NCBI RefSeq assembly: GCF_001194135.2
Contig: NC_068988.1
Location: 27,533,317 to 27,597,316 of the forward strand
Origin: Octopus bimaculoides
Taxonomy: Eukaryota
Length of the DNA: 64,000 bases
Direction of reading: 5' to 3'
The translations under genes were made by a program, and so were the position numbers. How positions within the stretch are numbered: the first letter of the stretch is position 1; each line of letters starts with the position of its first letter. The notes under the pieces are model-generated. The model did not search any database and had not been told where the DNA came from. It saw nothing but the letters and a program-made list of their open reading frames with translations. Of the stretch, positions 1-12,714 are shown in pieces.

Positions 1-760
1 TAGCATGGAAAGCAGACAAACGATGATGATGATGATGATATTATTTTATCTTGTAGTGTTCTCTTGTAATTTAAGGGTAATGTAACAACTCACTAATTCT
101 TTTTGTAACCTATAATTCTAAATGTTTGGAGAATTTTACTGTTTTTTTTTTTCATTTTTATTTTGCTTATTTTTTTGTTGTTGTTATTCTATTCCAAATG
201 TTTGCATTGTTTGCATGCCTTAGTAAATACTTCCTTTATAAAGAGATTTCTACTTTTTGTTACTGAGCCTGATAAAAGTTACACTTATGTGAAACACATT
301 TAACTAGTTTCTTTGACTGTTGATATTTCTCTTGGTATTTGTATATTTTATATTGTTTGCATACAATGTAGATAGGCATTTATCTAAACTAAATAAATAA
401 AAAAAAAGAAAGAAAGAAAAGCAAAAATAACCACCTGTCTATTTGTTGACCAAGAAAGAAGTAGGTACATATGTATGTGTATATACAGTTATAGATAAAC
501 AAGTAACCATTTCTGATTATGAATTTCAGAGTTTGTACCCTAACTCACTTGGCAAGTGACTTAACATAATCTGTGCTGAAAATGAGACAGTTATATCATG
601 GAAGTGTCAAGTCAACTATTTTTAAATTCCTAAATAGTTACACACTCACTTCTCCTTTATTTCTTAACAGTACAGATACCAAAAAGTTACATTGAACATC
701 TGTAATCTGGCTATTGACATAATTCCACTTTGTCTCATTTATGAATTAATTCTATAAGTT

Positions 761-780
761 ACACACACACACACACACGC

Positions 781-825
<45 letters not shown>

Positions 826-833
826 TACACACA
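761..833. repeat. (AC)n microsatellite
   Basis: Seen directly. Confidence 0.95.
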
Positions 834-841
834 GGGTACAT

Positions 842-1044
842 CAGTGGTTCTCGACCATTCTTTTTTACCTATGGATCTCTTTAATTCCTATTTCCTTTGG
901 ATGAACCATCATAGCCATTTGAAAAAAATCCCATTATATTTTTATAATTAAATATTATGAGGAATTGNNNNNNNNNNCCAATATATTTCACATAAATTTT
1001 AACAAGAAGATCTTATATGAACCCCCATGGGTTGAGAACCACAA
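842..1044. mobile_element. hAT-like MITE (Charlie-type ends)
   Basis: CAGTGGTTCTCGACC ... GGTTGAGAACCACAA termini. The 8-bp flanks GGGTACAT and GTGTAGAC match at 5 of 8 positions. Confidence 0.6.
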
Positions 1045-1178
1045 GTGTAGACTTTACTGACCTCTTTCTTTTAGTAAAGGTTACATACTTTAAACTAATC
1101 AATAAGCCATTTTATTTATCATAGTATAAAAGCTCATTTCCACCCATATACACGCATGCTGAAAATCACCCAATTTCC

Positions 1179-1222
1179 CAAACCAACGCCGGCAAAAACA
1201 TAACCTCCTTGGCAGGGGTAAA
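1179..1222 (-). mobile_element. 5' fragment of a Helentron-type non-autonomous element (HINE-like)
   Basis: Minus strand TTACCCCTGCCAAGGAGGTTATGTTTTTGCCGGCGTTGGTTTG, similar to the start of the 58548-59378 element. Confidence 0.55.
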
Positions 1223-1439
1223 AAAAAATAACACAGCCATATGATTTTAAGAAAAAAAACCCTTTAAAAACAGGAATCATCTGAAGCAGTTCACAACCAC
1301 CAACATTGTCATTGTTTCCACTTCAACCACATACACTGCCATCAATGTTATCATGATGGTTACCTTGACAGTCACTTTCCCCACCACAACCACTGCAATA
1401 CCACCATCACACAACTAACACCATCAGAAGTAATGGGCT

Positions 1440-2660
1440 GAGAAAATGGACGGATGGATATTTTGAGGCATGCCATATCTTTTCTTTATCTTTTGGTAGT
1501 GTCGTAGAATACTTACTATGAAAAGCCTTATGGAAATCAACCAAATATTAGCGAAATGACATCCTCTTCCAATTTGACTTTATACCTTATTGTAAACACT
1601 TCATCATCATATCCTTCTCTCCTCTAACCCACTTCTGGAACCCATTTACTCCTTCTTTAGAATCTCAACACTGGGTTCAGTTCCATTTAAAATTACTCTG
1701 ATTACTCTGCAGAACATCCTTTAAGACCATTGGTGACAGACTAATACTTCTCTGGTTCCTAAACTCATGTGTCTCTCTCTTCTTAGATATTTGAATTACA
1801 TTTCTCACTCCCCACTCATTCCATGAGAATTTTACCTGCTCCTCAGATGCAGTTAAATGGGTTTTTCTTTTGTTTTTGTTTGTTTTTTAAGTACACATCT
1901 ACACACCAGCTTTTACCATCTTAGATACAATTCCATGATTTATAATTCTTTAACTGCTTTATATAATTTTTGGTCTCAGCTAATGTAATTTCCCTTGTTT
2001 CAATGTCCAGATCCTATTCAGATCTGAGAATATTTTCTTCATTTTGTGCAATTGATCTGTTTTATATTACTACTCCTACTGCTGCTTTTCATCTGTTCTT
2101 TATTTCTTTATCCATAGTCAGCAGGTTCCCCTGTGTAACTTTAATTGTGAGCTTTGTTTTTTTTGTTTTTTTTTGTTTGTTTTTTTGTTTTTTTGTAATC
2201 ATGTCTGTAATTTCTTTAATTGATTTATAAGCTAATCTGGTATTCTTCACTTTCCTTCTTTTTATTTGAGTATTACCCTCAATGTCATTCAAGTACTTCC
2301 TCTTATCGTACTTGGTGAGTTTTCTTACTTTGCTATTAAGGTCTGCATATTCACTTCTTAAAATAAGCAATCTTTGGTCATAATTACTTAGTTTCACATT
2401 TGAGTTTTTCTATCTTTTCTGTATCAAGGTCCTATTTTTTTTCCCCATTTTCAATCTATCTTTTCCTCACAGTTCTTCCTCCACTTTCAAATATTACTTT
2501 TGCTACTTCTTCTAGAATGTCTTGAATATCATTGCACACCTCTCCCACTTTCCTCTTCATCAATTAATGTCTGTAGAATGGCAAATCTATTTCTACATTC
2601 TCACGTCATAAAGTCTTCTTTTACGTTATAGTTTGTCCTCATTTTCTCCATATCAGAGTC
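1440..2660 (-). mobile_element. Degenerate RTE-clade LINE ORF (pre-RT region plus start of RT)
   Basis: Frame-broken motifs RNRFAILQTL, EYADLNSKVRKLTKYDKRKYL, RSISLSPMVLK and LVDFHKAFHS..RYGMPQNI match the recalled RTE pattern (FVDFEKAFDS..YGIP). Confidence 0.75.
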
Positions 2661-2972
2661 AAGATCCTAGTTATCAGCTTTCATTTTAGGTTAATTTTGA
2701 ACTTAAATACTATGAGTTGAAATTTGTTACCAATATCAACTACTTAGAAGTTGACTAAAAGATATAAAAGCTATGTTGTTTATTAATTGCAATATGAGAA
2801 ACTCAAAGAAGTTCAAGTATATTTGTATATATTTCAGAGCTCAAAGATAAATTTCTGATTAAACTGCTCGTTTGCCATATAAAATTAGCAGTAGGTTAAA
2901 TCACCAATCTAGTAAACAGGAGGTCAAGTGTTCCAATCTCTATGTAGTCAAGCAATACTGCATTTTAGAGAC

Positions 2973-3325
2973 AGAGACATGGCTGTGTGGTCAAGAAGCT
3001 TGCTTTGCAGCCATATGGCTTCAGGTTCAGCCCCACTGCAAGTACCATAGCCCTGGTCCATCCAATGCTTTGTGAGTTTAGTGGGAGGAAACTGTGTGGA
3101 AGCCCATCATATATATGAGTTTGTGTTTGTTCTCTACCACCACTTAAAACTGGTGTTGGTTTGTTTACATCCCCATAACCTAGAAGTTTGCTAAATGAGA
3201 TTAAAAGAATAAGTATCAGATTTAAAAGTAATTACTTAAGCTGATTTGTTTGACTAAAACCCTTGAAGGTGGTGATCCCAATATGGTCACAGTCCAATGC
3301 TTTTTAAACAAGTAAAAGACAAACG
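2973..3325 (+). mobile_element. tRNA-derived SINE family A
   Basis: GGCTGTGTGG..AAGAAGCT..GGTTCAG head and CAGCATGG..AAACAAGTAAAAG-type tail shared by more than 20 copies in the window. Confidence 0.85.
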
Positions 3326-3389
3326 ATAAAGCTATAGTCTATTTTCATTCACTTTCCTTTTCCGGGCATTAAACAATGATGATGATGAT

Positions 3390-3480
3390 GTTGTATTAGT
3401 TTAACACTTAAAAAGAAGGGAAAGACTTGATGTTTCTGGTACTAGTCCTTCATCAGGAAAAAATAAAAGAATGAGAAAAG
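3390..3480 (-). mobile_element. Degenerate hammerhead-bearing repeat (Penelope-like pLTR-type)
   Basis: Minus strand reads TTTC-CTGATGA-A-GG(ACTAGTA)CC-A-GAAAC-ATC-AAGTCTTT. The core is intact but stems II and III are degraded. Confidence 0.45.
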
Positions 3481-4564
3481 ATGGTAGAATACTCTATGGA
3501 TGCAGTCAGAAAGTAACTTTGCTACCCTAAAATGAAAATAATCTGGTCGCACAATGATTTTCTATCTACGATTCTGTACATGTATGTATATAATGTCTTC
3601 ACTGAGTATTTTGTTGGCTCTGTCTTATTTCTATTGAAGATTGTATTTTCTTTCAATATTTACTGAAAATTTGGTTCATATTGACTTCAATGAGAAAAAA
3701 ACGACTATATTAATGAAGTCTAAGAGTTTACATTCCATTCCTTCACCAAAAAAAAAAAAATATGCCATTTTGTTAGATGCAGAATGTTTATCACAATGTC
3801 ATGCTTACTAGGCTAGAATCTGAGTTATCTGTACAGTCAAGCAATACTACACAGATATCAGCTAACTTGATAACTGGTCTCCTCCACAGAATATATATCA
3901 CCAGCCATTTTGGCTAACCAAATTTCTTTCAAACCAACTGGTTTTGCTGAGTGAGATAATATTTAATCTTTAATAGAATTATTGCTACTTTTGCTGTGTT
4001 CATTGTACTTAAATATCTCTTATAGAACAAGTGAGTATACCAGGGAAAATAGTTAGATTTTAATGTTATTTAAATCATGGTATTTAAAATTGTGAGCTGG
4101 GAAAGCAGCTTGGAATTAGTGACATCAGATCTTTCTTTCAGGTAATGTAGATATGTGAATTATGAACAAGGTAAATGCTGTGGTGTATTGAAAATTAGGT
4201 TGCTTCTTTCTATGACTGATTCACTGATGTGAGATAACTTTGTGTTTTAGCCAAAGTATGAAGATAGGCCGAGGTGGTTAGAAATTGGTTGATGAAAACT
4301 GAGTAAAGAATTATCTAGTGTGAGAATGTTGTGGATGGTAGTAGCCAGGACAGTGTAGGATGTAATGAAAATAAATATCTGTGTGTGTGTGTGTGCTGCA
4401 TGAAGTAAGCTGGTAAGAATTGGTAGCCAAAAACATAGACCTGTGTCAAAAAAAATATAGAATTTAATGTGTGTGTGTTGATAGGATGGCTATCATCTGT
4501 CAAGATGAAGCAATCATCATCATATATATATATGTATATTAGTTGATACAATAGTTGATACAAA

Positions 4565-4900
4565 GCCAGCAATTCTAGAGGGAGGAGTTAAGTTGATTAC
4601 ACCAATCTCAGTGTTCAACTGGTGCTTATTTTATGAACCTTGAAAGAAGGAAAGGCAAAGTCAACCTTAGTGGAATTTGAACTCAAAATGTAATGCTTCA
4701 GAATAAATAACACAGAGCATATTTTCAGATGCTCTAACAATTCTGCCATTTTGCTGCCTTTTAGTTGAGACAATAATGGTTTCAAATTTCAGTTGAAGGT
4801 CAGCAATTTCAGAAAAGTGGATAAGTCAAATACATCAGCCCCAGTGCGTAACTGGTACTTATTTTATCGACCCCTAAAGGATGAAAGGGAAAATTGACCC
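4565..4900 (-). mobile_element. SINE family B, two tandem copies
   Basis: Reverse complement of the GAGTTCAAATTCC..GACTTTGCCTTTCATCC..AAGTACCAGTT core. Confidence 0.8.
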
Positions 4901-4934
4901 TGAAAGAATGTAAAGACGGATTAAATGGCACCAA

Positions 4935-5024
4935 GACACTTGCCCAGGGTGCCACGCAGTGGGACTGAACCCGGAACCATGTGGTTGGTAAGCAAACTAC
5001 TTGCCACACAGCCACTCCTGTGCC
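4935..5024 (-). mobile_element. SINE A 5' head
   Basis: Close reverse-complement match to the family A head. Confidence 0.9.
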
Positions 5025-5089
5025 TATATGGTAATATTTTCTTTTTTTTTTTCTTTTTCTGAGTTATAGAATTATATTACTTTGGTTTA

Positions 5090-5315
5090 TAAGGCCACAA
5101 GCTGGTAGAATCATTAGTTCACTAAGCAAAACGCTTAACGATATATTATCCATCTCTATGTATTGAGTTCAAATTCCACTGAGGTCAACTTTGCTTTTTA
5201 TCTCCTTGGGGTTGATAAAATAAGAACCAGTTGAGCAATGGGGTCGATGTAATTGACTTGATTCACCTGCTGCCCCAAAATTGCTGGCCTTGTGCCAAAA
5301 TTTGAAACCAATATT
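5090..5315 (+). mobile_element. SINE family B
   Basis: GCTGGTAGAATCATTAG..GAGTTCAAATTCC..GGCCTTGTGCCAAAATTTGAAACC. Confidence 0.85.
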
Positions 5316-6029
5316 ACTTTACTTTATAAACTATATAACCATAAGTTAATTGTCTACTGTTTGATAACTATAAACATGTATAAATAATATTCATTATGTG
5401 ATGTTCTCAAAGCTTCAATATTCATTTGTATGTTGTAAGCAATGGACAGTTACGATACCAAAATTCAACCATCAACTAGAAAAGCACCAATATGACTAAA
5501 GACTAAAATTCAAAATAAAATCCATGCAATTACAATTTTACTACTACTTTACTGTCCAGCCATTACTGACTTTTTCTGTTTCTTGTAATACACAGGAGAT
5601 TGCTTCACTTACTGACAATGCTAGCTTGCGAATTACCTAGCTTGGTTGCTTAGCCAAACAAGATGAATATAAGTAGCTTGCCATCTCAAGTTGTTTCTCT
5701 TCAATTTCAATACATCTTGAAACAGTTAAATACTTACAGCTAACTATTTTATAATATGGACAAGTGAGAGTAACTGACAGGTCTCTCTCTCTCTCTTTTT
5801 CTCTCTCTCTCTCTCTTTCTCTCTCTCTCCTCAAAAGTTCACCTGCTGAAATTGTAGCTAGGTGGTTGTCTTGATAGCTAATGCATAAAGTACCCTAATA
5901 TCATTCAACTACGGTAGTAGTTAAATAATATTCTTAAGACTGCAGTTTACTCGCACACAGTATCTTTCAGAGATTGTTGCTAATTCAGTTCTTAACCAAA
6001 TTGAAAATTGTTAACATTTTTGAAGAGGA

Positions 6030-6908
6030 CATGGAAAAATGTGAGCAAGAGAAATAATATTCTTGAGATTATAAATCTGGAAAATTACAGGACAAGTTAT
6101 TACACTTGGAAAAGTTCAGGACAACTTATTACATCTGTACAGAACAAAAAATTTTTTACTTAAAATATTGCAGCTAAGGATAAAATTTGAATATTAAAAA
6201 TTATAATTATTTGATTTTAATTTACAAAGTAACATTATAATTAAAAAAGGTACTATGATTTTGTTAAAATATTGACGCACTAGAATACTTTAAAAAATGA
6301 GAGCCAGAAGTACCGATATAGCTAGAGTTTTATGCAAAGTAGAATGGTAAATATGGTAGGCAAATTCATTATGTAAAAAATAGGCATTGGATCAAGACTA
6401 AAAATATAAAGATTTGGCAATAACTTAGGCAATAACTCAAGCAAATTTTACTGTGAATTTGTTGTTATAGGTAGATTTTACTGTAATATATAGCTAATTT
6501 TTGTATTCTATTTATTGTACTAACAAATTATGTACTACTATTATTTTTTATAATCTATTTCCAAATTTTTAATTATTAATTAATAATTAAAAAAATAATT
6601 CTTTTTAAAGTGCAAAAGATATTTTGAGTTATTTTTAATTTTTAAAAGAAGTAACAAGTAATAACAAATAGAAATAATAACTTGTAATAAAATTTTTAGT
6701 TTTAATGAAAGCTAATATTTTCTAAATTTAAATATTTTATTTGAAATTTTATCCTTCGCTACAATATTTTAAGTGAAAATTTTCTTGTTCTGTACTTTAC
6801 CAGATGTAACAAGTTGTCTTGAATTTTTCCAAGTGTAATAACTTATCCTGTATTTTTCCAGGTTTACAATCTTAAGAATATTATTTCTCTTGCTCACATT
6901 TTTCCGTG
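6030..6908. mobile_element. Foldback element with ~170-bp terminal inverted repeats (CAYGGAAAAA ends; CACTA/EnSpm-like?)
   Basis: 6030-6200 is reverse-complementary to ~6735-6908 at roughly 85% identity by eye, with internal subrepeats CAGGACAAGTTATTACAC. The interior is AT-rich with no ORF. Confidence 0.85.
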
Positions 6909-7009
6909 TAATCACTCATACTTGATAGTACGTTACTGCAGAATTGAAGGTTCATAGTTTGGCATATTTGCGGTAAGGGGACGCCCTATTATTTTATATA
7001 TCCTACCCA

Positions 7010-7215
7010 TTTCATCTTCATCATCGTCATGTCTACTTTTCTATGCTTGTATGGGTTGGATGGAGTTTATCAAGGCAAATTTTCTACAGTCAGATGCCTT
7101 TCCTGTCACCAATCCTCATCTGTTTCAAAGCAAGGTAATATTTCTCCATGGCTAGACATGTTCTTGTAGAATGTTGGAAATTAGCATTACTTGCATGACA
7201 TACAATGTCAAGACA
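7010..7215 (-). mobile_element. Family G repeat (shares the RTE-type 3' tail)
   Basis: Homologous to 20820-21055, 37625-37735, 40735-40960 and 53705-53910. Confidence 0.75.
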
Positions 7216-7333
7216 GGGAGACACATGCACATATCCGTAACAACATCAAAAAGCTAAATACTATATACAAAGGATCGTTTGTAGAAATACATAAATCCAG
7301 AGGAGAAGCACACTCTAAGATGTGGAGCAGTTA

Positions 7334-7500
7334 ATATTATAGTGGGATAGGCCGGTTTTTGGGGTTACCCTGGGTTTCTTGTTCATAAGGGGGCAGCAGA
7401 CCAGCAGTATTTGGGGTCTAAAAGTATGCCATAGGGCTAAAGCCCTTATGAGCAAGAAACCCAGGGTAACCCCATAAACTGGCATTCCTGACTATAATAT
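7334..7500. mobile_element. MITE-like inverted repeat, ~58-bp arms
   Basis: 7334-7391 pairs with 7443-7500, including a near-perfect GGGGTTACCCTGGGTTTCTTG core. Confidence 0.8.
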
Positions 7501-7526
7501 ATATATATATATATGTGTGTGTTATA

Positions 7527-7895
7527 AGTAGCTTGCTTATGAATCACATGGTTCCGGGTTCAGTCCCACTGCGTGACACCTTGAGCAAGTATCTTCCACT
7601 ATAGCCTCGGGCTGACCAAAGCCTTGTGAGTGGATTTGGTAGACAGAAACTGAAAGAAGCCTATCGAATATATGTATGTGTGTTTGTGTGTCTGTGTTTG
7701 TCCCCCCACCATCGCTTGACAACTGATGCTGGTGTGTTTACGTCCCCGTAACTTAGCGGTTCGGCAAAAAGAGCTGTTAGAATAAGGACTAGGCTTACAA
7801 AGAATAAGTCCTGGGGTCGATTTGCTCGATTAAAGGCGGTGCTCCAGCATGGCTGCAATCAAATGACTGAAACAAGTCAAAGAGTAAAAAGAGAG
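7527..7895 (+). mobile_element. SINE A, near-consensus; an opposite-strand A fragment starts at ~7903 and runs into the gap
   Basis: Full-length family A match. Confidence 0.95.
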
Positions 7896-8814
7896 AGATA
7901 GAGGGTCGTGCGATATATACGACAGGCTTCTTTCAGTTTCCNNNNNNNNNNNNNNNNNNNNNNNNNNNNNNNNNNNNNNNNNNNNNNNNNNNNNNNNNNN
8001 NNNNNNNNNNNNNNNNNNNNNNNNNNNNNNNNNNNNNNNNNNNNNNNNNNNNNNNNNNNNNNNNNNNNNNNNNNNNNNNNNNNNNNNNNNNNNNNNNNNN
8101 NNNNNNNNNNNNNNNNNNNNNNNNNNNNNNNNNNNNNNNNNNNNNNNNNNNNNNNNNNNNNNNNNNNNNNNNNNNNNNNNNNNNNNNNNNNNNNNNNNNN
8201 NNNNNNNNNNNNNNNNNNNNNNNNNNNNNNNNNNNNNNNNNNNNNNNNNNNNNNNNNNNNNNNNNNNNNNNNNNNNNNNNNNNNNNNNNNNNNNNNNNNN
8301 NNNNNNNNNGTATGCCTTTCTTAAAAAATATTATGAAAAGGAACAATTTCTGATAACTCCTTTTTCTGAAGAATCTTTAAGACTTTTACTTAGTGTTGAA
8401 CTCATTCTCGGTTCTGATTCTCTTTTCTAGAGAGGTATGGTGGTGAAAGAAATACCAGTGTTTCTTATACATTGGTGACATTAGTAAATATTTACCAACT
8501 AACCTAGTTTTCTATCTCATACTTACTGCTGGCTAGCTGGCTGGCTGGCTGGTTGACTGGCTGGCTGGTTGGCTGGCTGGCTGCGTTGTCGCCTCTCACT
8601 GTTTTATGTAGACCAGGCTCATAACACTTGAAAGTAACTTTTGCTTGTAAAATTTAAGGGAGGAGAGCAAAGAGACACACAACAACTTCATTTTTAACTT
8701 TCGAGTATTGTGAATGGGAAATAAGAAATAACAAAAAAACATAACAAGAAACATGTAGAACAATTGTTGAAGTTAAGTCACAAATTTTGGGGCTGTGACG
8801 ATGGACAACAGAGG

Positions 8815-8995
8815 TATACTTGTTTAGCTCTTGGTCAGCTTTGATCGAGGGTAAATATGACCAAGGGCATTCCAGACATGACCATCCCATCTTTTTGTAT
8901 TTCTAGGTCTACATTTTCCATGTCCTTTCTTGTTTTAGATGGTAGGGTGTGGTTTTATAGAGGTTTGGCCACTGTTTTCCAACAAATTGACTGAA
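8815..8995 (+). repeat. Interspersed repeat family H
   Basis: Similar to 39470-39665 (+) and 61540-61745 (-), sharing GACCATCC and GGYTGCTATTTCTA-type motifs. Confidence 0.55.
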
Positions 8996-9023
8996 CACAA
9001 TTTCTTTTCATATTGAAGCTTGC

Positions 9024-9242
9024 CTCTGTAGATTTTCTATAGAATTTAGAGCCAGCCATGAAAGTTACAATGTTTCACATATGAATACATCTAAGTAAAC
9101 AATGTGATCGAAGACAGAAAAATAGCTAAGTTTATGCTTACACACCCATCACCTATTTGTCTATCTTTGATCACATTGTTTACATAGATATATTCATATG
9201 TGAAACATCATAACTTTAATTGCTATAGAATATCTGTAGAGA
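9024..9242. mobile_element. Foldback/MITE, 65-bp core arms with 27-nt spacer
   Basis: 9061-9125 pairs with 9153-9217 (about 7 mismatches). Weaker pairing extends to 9024 and 9242. Confidence 0.85.
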
Positions 9243-10290
9243 TAAACTTATAAAAGAAAATCTGCACACTGCTAACACAAAAGTAGGACACAGTATTGTC
9301 TTACAAACCTTTAATATACTTGGTAGTATATTATAATTTCAAAACAAAATACTGTGTCCCTACCAGCAATTAACTGTTTCTTTTGTTGGCTCAAGTAGAT
9401 GTTAACGATTGCTGTTGTTCTTGTTCTAAAAGGGAGTGGTGATGTGGTAATATCACAAATGGAATTATTGATTGAGTTTAGCTTCGACTTTTTCTATTTT
9501 TCTGAAACTGAAATAAAAGTTGAAATGACTATGTTAACAATTGTACAAGGTTTGTCTAGTTTTTGCTAGATTTGGAAAATAATTCTCTTTGGGAAAAAAT
9601 ATAGGGTAGCTACTTATAGCTTCCATTTATATTTTTCTGTGGTAGAATGTTGAGCTATACTCATAGTCAGTATCCATACCTTGACATTTTCTTTTTAGGT
9701 GGTGTATCGAAATTATACTCCACCTTTGGTATTCTCCAGCGAGATTCATTCTGAGAACATGCACTAACCAGCAAATTATTCTCTAGGAGATAAGAAGTGG
9801 AGGTTTATAACTAATCTTGTTTTCAGGTTTAAATGAGAAATATTCCTTTTCTAGGAAAATAAGAATAATTATGATGTCAACAAACTCCCTCCATTGCAGT
9901 ACAACCACAAACAATGATGTCCCTATCTACACCTGTATCTTAAAATAGTTTTGTAAACATTCACACACACAATAGACATCTTTCAGTTAACCTCAAATCA
10001 AATTTCCTCACAAGGCATTGATAAGCTCCTTCATAATACTAAATATATACGATATATATATATATGATATAGAAATATAGTATATTCTTATATATATAAA
10101 AATATAGTATATCTATATATATATATGTTGTTGTTTGTTCACAAATTTTTCTGCCTTGTTGGGTAATAATACCCAATTTTTCTGCCATTTTAACGGTGAT
10201 ACTGCGTTTGAAATATCACCTTGTCTGTATTCTACAATACACTACGATGCTTATAAAAGACAAATGTTTGTTTGTATACACACGTGGTTG

Positions 10291-10323
<33 letters not shown>

Positions 10324-10799
10324 NNNNNNNNNNNNNNNNNNNNNNNNNNNNNNNNNNNNNNNNNNNNNNNNNNNNNNNNNNNNNNNNNNNNNNNNNNNNN
10401 NNNNNNNNNNNNNNNNNNNNNNNNNNNNNNNNNNNNNNNNNNNNNNNNNNNNNNNNNNNNNNNNNNNNNNNNNNNNNNNNNNNNNNNNNNNNNNNNNNNN
10501 NNNNNNNNNNNNNNNNNNNNNNNNNNNNNNNNNNNNNNNNNNNNNNNNNNNNNNNNNNNNNNNNNNNNNNNNNNNNNNNNNNNNNNNNNNNNNNNNNNNN
10601 NNNNNNNNNNNNNNNNNNNNNNNNNNNNNNNNNNNNNNNNNNNNNNNNNNNNNNNNNNNNNNNNNNNNNNNNNNNNNNNNNNNNNNNNNNNNNNNNNNNN
10701 NNNNNNNNNNNNNNNNNNNATATATATATATATATATATAAACCAAGAGAGCTAAGATTAATATTTGTATTATTGAGCAATTTTCCCTTCATTTTTATG

Positions 10800-11640
10800 T
10801 TGTGTTTCCACTTCCTCAATATATCTTAGACTCACAATTCTATATAACATTGTTTTATGTTGTGTTCAAATCCTACCACGACAAAGAACTTAATCTTTCT
10901 TCCTCTTCAAAGTAGAGTTGATAGTAGTGTAGGTATTATACTACAGACAGGAGATAAAATTGATTAGGGAACAGAGTAATAGCACCTCTCTGGCTGAAGT
11001 ACATAAAGTAAGGTGTCTCATTTGAGTTGCCCCCAGCTGTGGTTGACTCATTCTGTTAATATTTCATCCATTCCAGAGAAACATGTTTAAAATAGATGAC
11101 AGCTATGATTGTTGTTCTGGTGGTGATGCCCATGATATTTGTGCATTTTTGTTGGCACTTCTTACAATGACCAGTCAGTTCTGTAAGTGGATGGAGTGAG
11201 TGAGTAGTAGAAGTGGTAGTTCCTTTAATCAATCATTCCTGAAACAATTACAAGACGTTTGCTTCCTCTTATCTTTGTTAACCATATTTGCTGTGGTCTG
11301 AAGTCACTTGCTGTCTCCTGCATTCTTCAATAATATCCCACTTTTTGTCTCCTGGGTTCTTTAACAGAAGACTTTCTAGGTAGTTCTCTTCTGTTTGACA
11401 CTCTCTTATAAATGTGTTCTGTACTGAATTCAGACATTGACTTTCAAATGTCACTGATATGGACATCAAAAGAAGATGTCTTTCTGCTGTGTTTCTTGGT
11501 AAATTTTCCATTCCGAAACAGAATACATTAACTGAAATCCAATTATACTTCACTAGTTTCCTTTTTAAAAAAGTATTGAGGAAGCTTTGCCATTGTTTGA
11601 TCACTTGAACATTACAGCTAATCATTGATCAGACCTCATA
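10800..11640 (-). mobile_element. Highly degenerate mariner-like transposase relic
   Basis: Begins with TATGAGGTCTGATCAA (mariner-like TIR), followed by fragmentary similarity to mariner HTH and C-terminal regions across many frameshifts. Confidence 0.35.
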
Positions 11641-12714
11641 TTCTAGCATTTCTCATCATTGCCTATCTCTGAACTAAGTTTCAGTAATAAAATAAAATAA
11701 AAAATAATAATACTAAGATCAAAAGTTACTGAATTTTGGAATATTAAAGTTTATTCATATTTTGTACAAGTTTCAATGGATAGAAATTTATCAGAAGAAG
11801 AAACCTCAAATTTGTAGTAAAAGTTTATATGGTATCTACTATTGCTTTTTTATCAATCAATACATACTAATTATAGATGTGGGAAGCTTGTTATTTACCT
11901 AGGAACTCTGCCAAGCCATAAAATCAGAATTATTGTTGGTATTAGAGACATTTGGATCTGATACCAACAATAATTCTGACCTTCAGCAAGTGAAATTAAA
12001 CCAAAACTGTTATAACTACATACAAATAGTGAAATCTTTGGTGTTTTTTCTCCACCACCCCTCCAGCTTATTCTTCATTTCAAGTGTTCTGCTCTAATTT
12101 TGCTGAATGGCAAATATATTTCAGCATCAGGCTGTGCTACTTATTAATTTTTGTAATCAGCAATAGTTTTTTGTAATTATCAGATATTTTAATTGTGATA
12201 AAATACAAGATTAGATTGGTACTAAAATTACTATTTCAAATATGGTATTTTACTAGTAGAAACAAAATTCGCAGCTTCCAAAAAGAGAAAATGGCTCTAG
12301 AAATTACTACTAACTATTCTTGTCATGGTACTAATACATTGCAAACATGTAAGATTTCATTCTTAGCAATTATTTGGAGTCTAAGCAATCGGCTTATATT
12401 TTTCTCGTTTATGGAATCCACAAGAATTATACAGTTCCTCTTAGTAACATTTTTCCAGCATACAAGTTTTTTTCATATTTTTCAGCATGGAAGTTTTTTC
12501 TATATTTTCCAGCATACAAGTTTTTCAGACCAGAGTTTCAGCCAAAACAGAGTAGGTTGACTTTAACACCAAAACAGCTTTGGAGGACCAAAAATTCCAT
12601 GTGAAATGCAGATTTGGAAAGATAGCAAAGATGCATGAATATTTACATTCCATGACTTGTATGCTGGAAAATATGGTAAACAATTGTTTCTGGTTTAGGA
12701 ACATGACCAGCAAT

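Noticed and set aside
4142-4170. Possible 29-nt exon ending ATG AAC AAG|GTAAAT (MNK, phase 0) as the RNF38 start
   Set aside because: The phase fits, but the signal is too short to distinguish from chance. It needs junction reads to 23711.
9300-9900. Possible second piggyBac relic (TKGGV.., YTT.KRK on the minus strand)
   Set aside because: Motifs need many frameshifts and are too weak to call without alignment.
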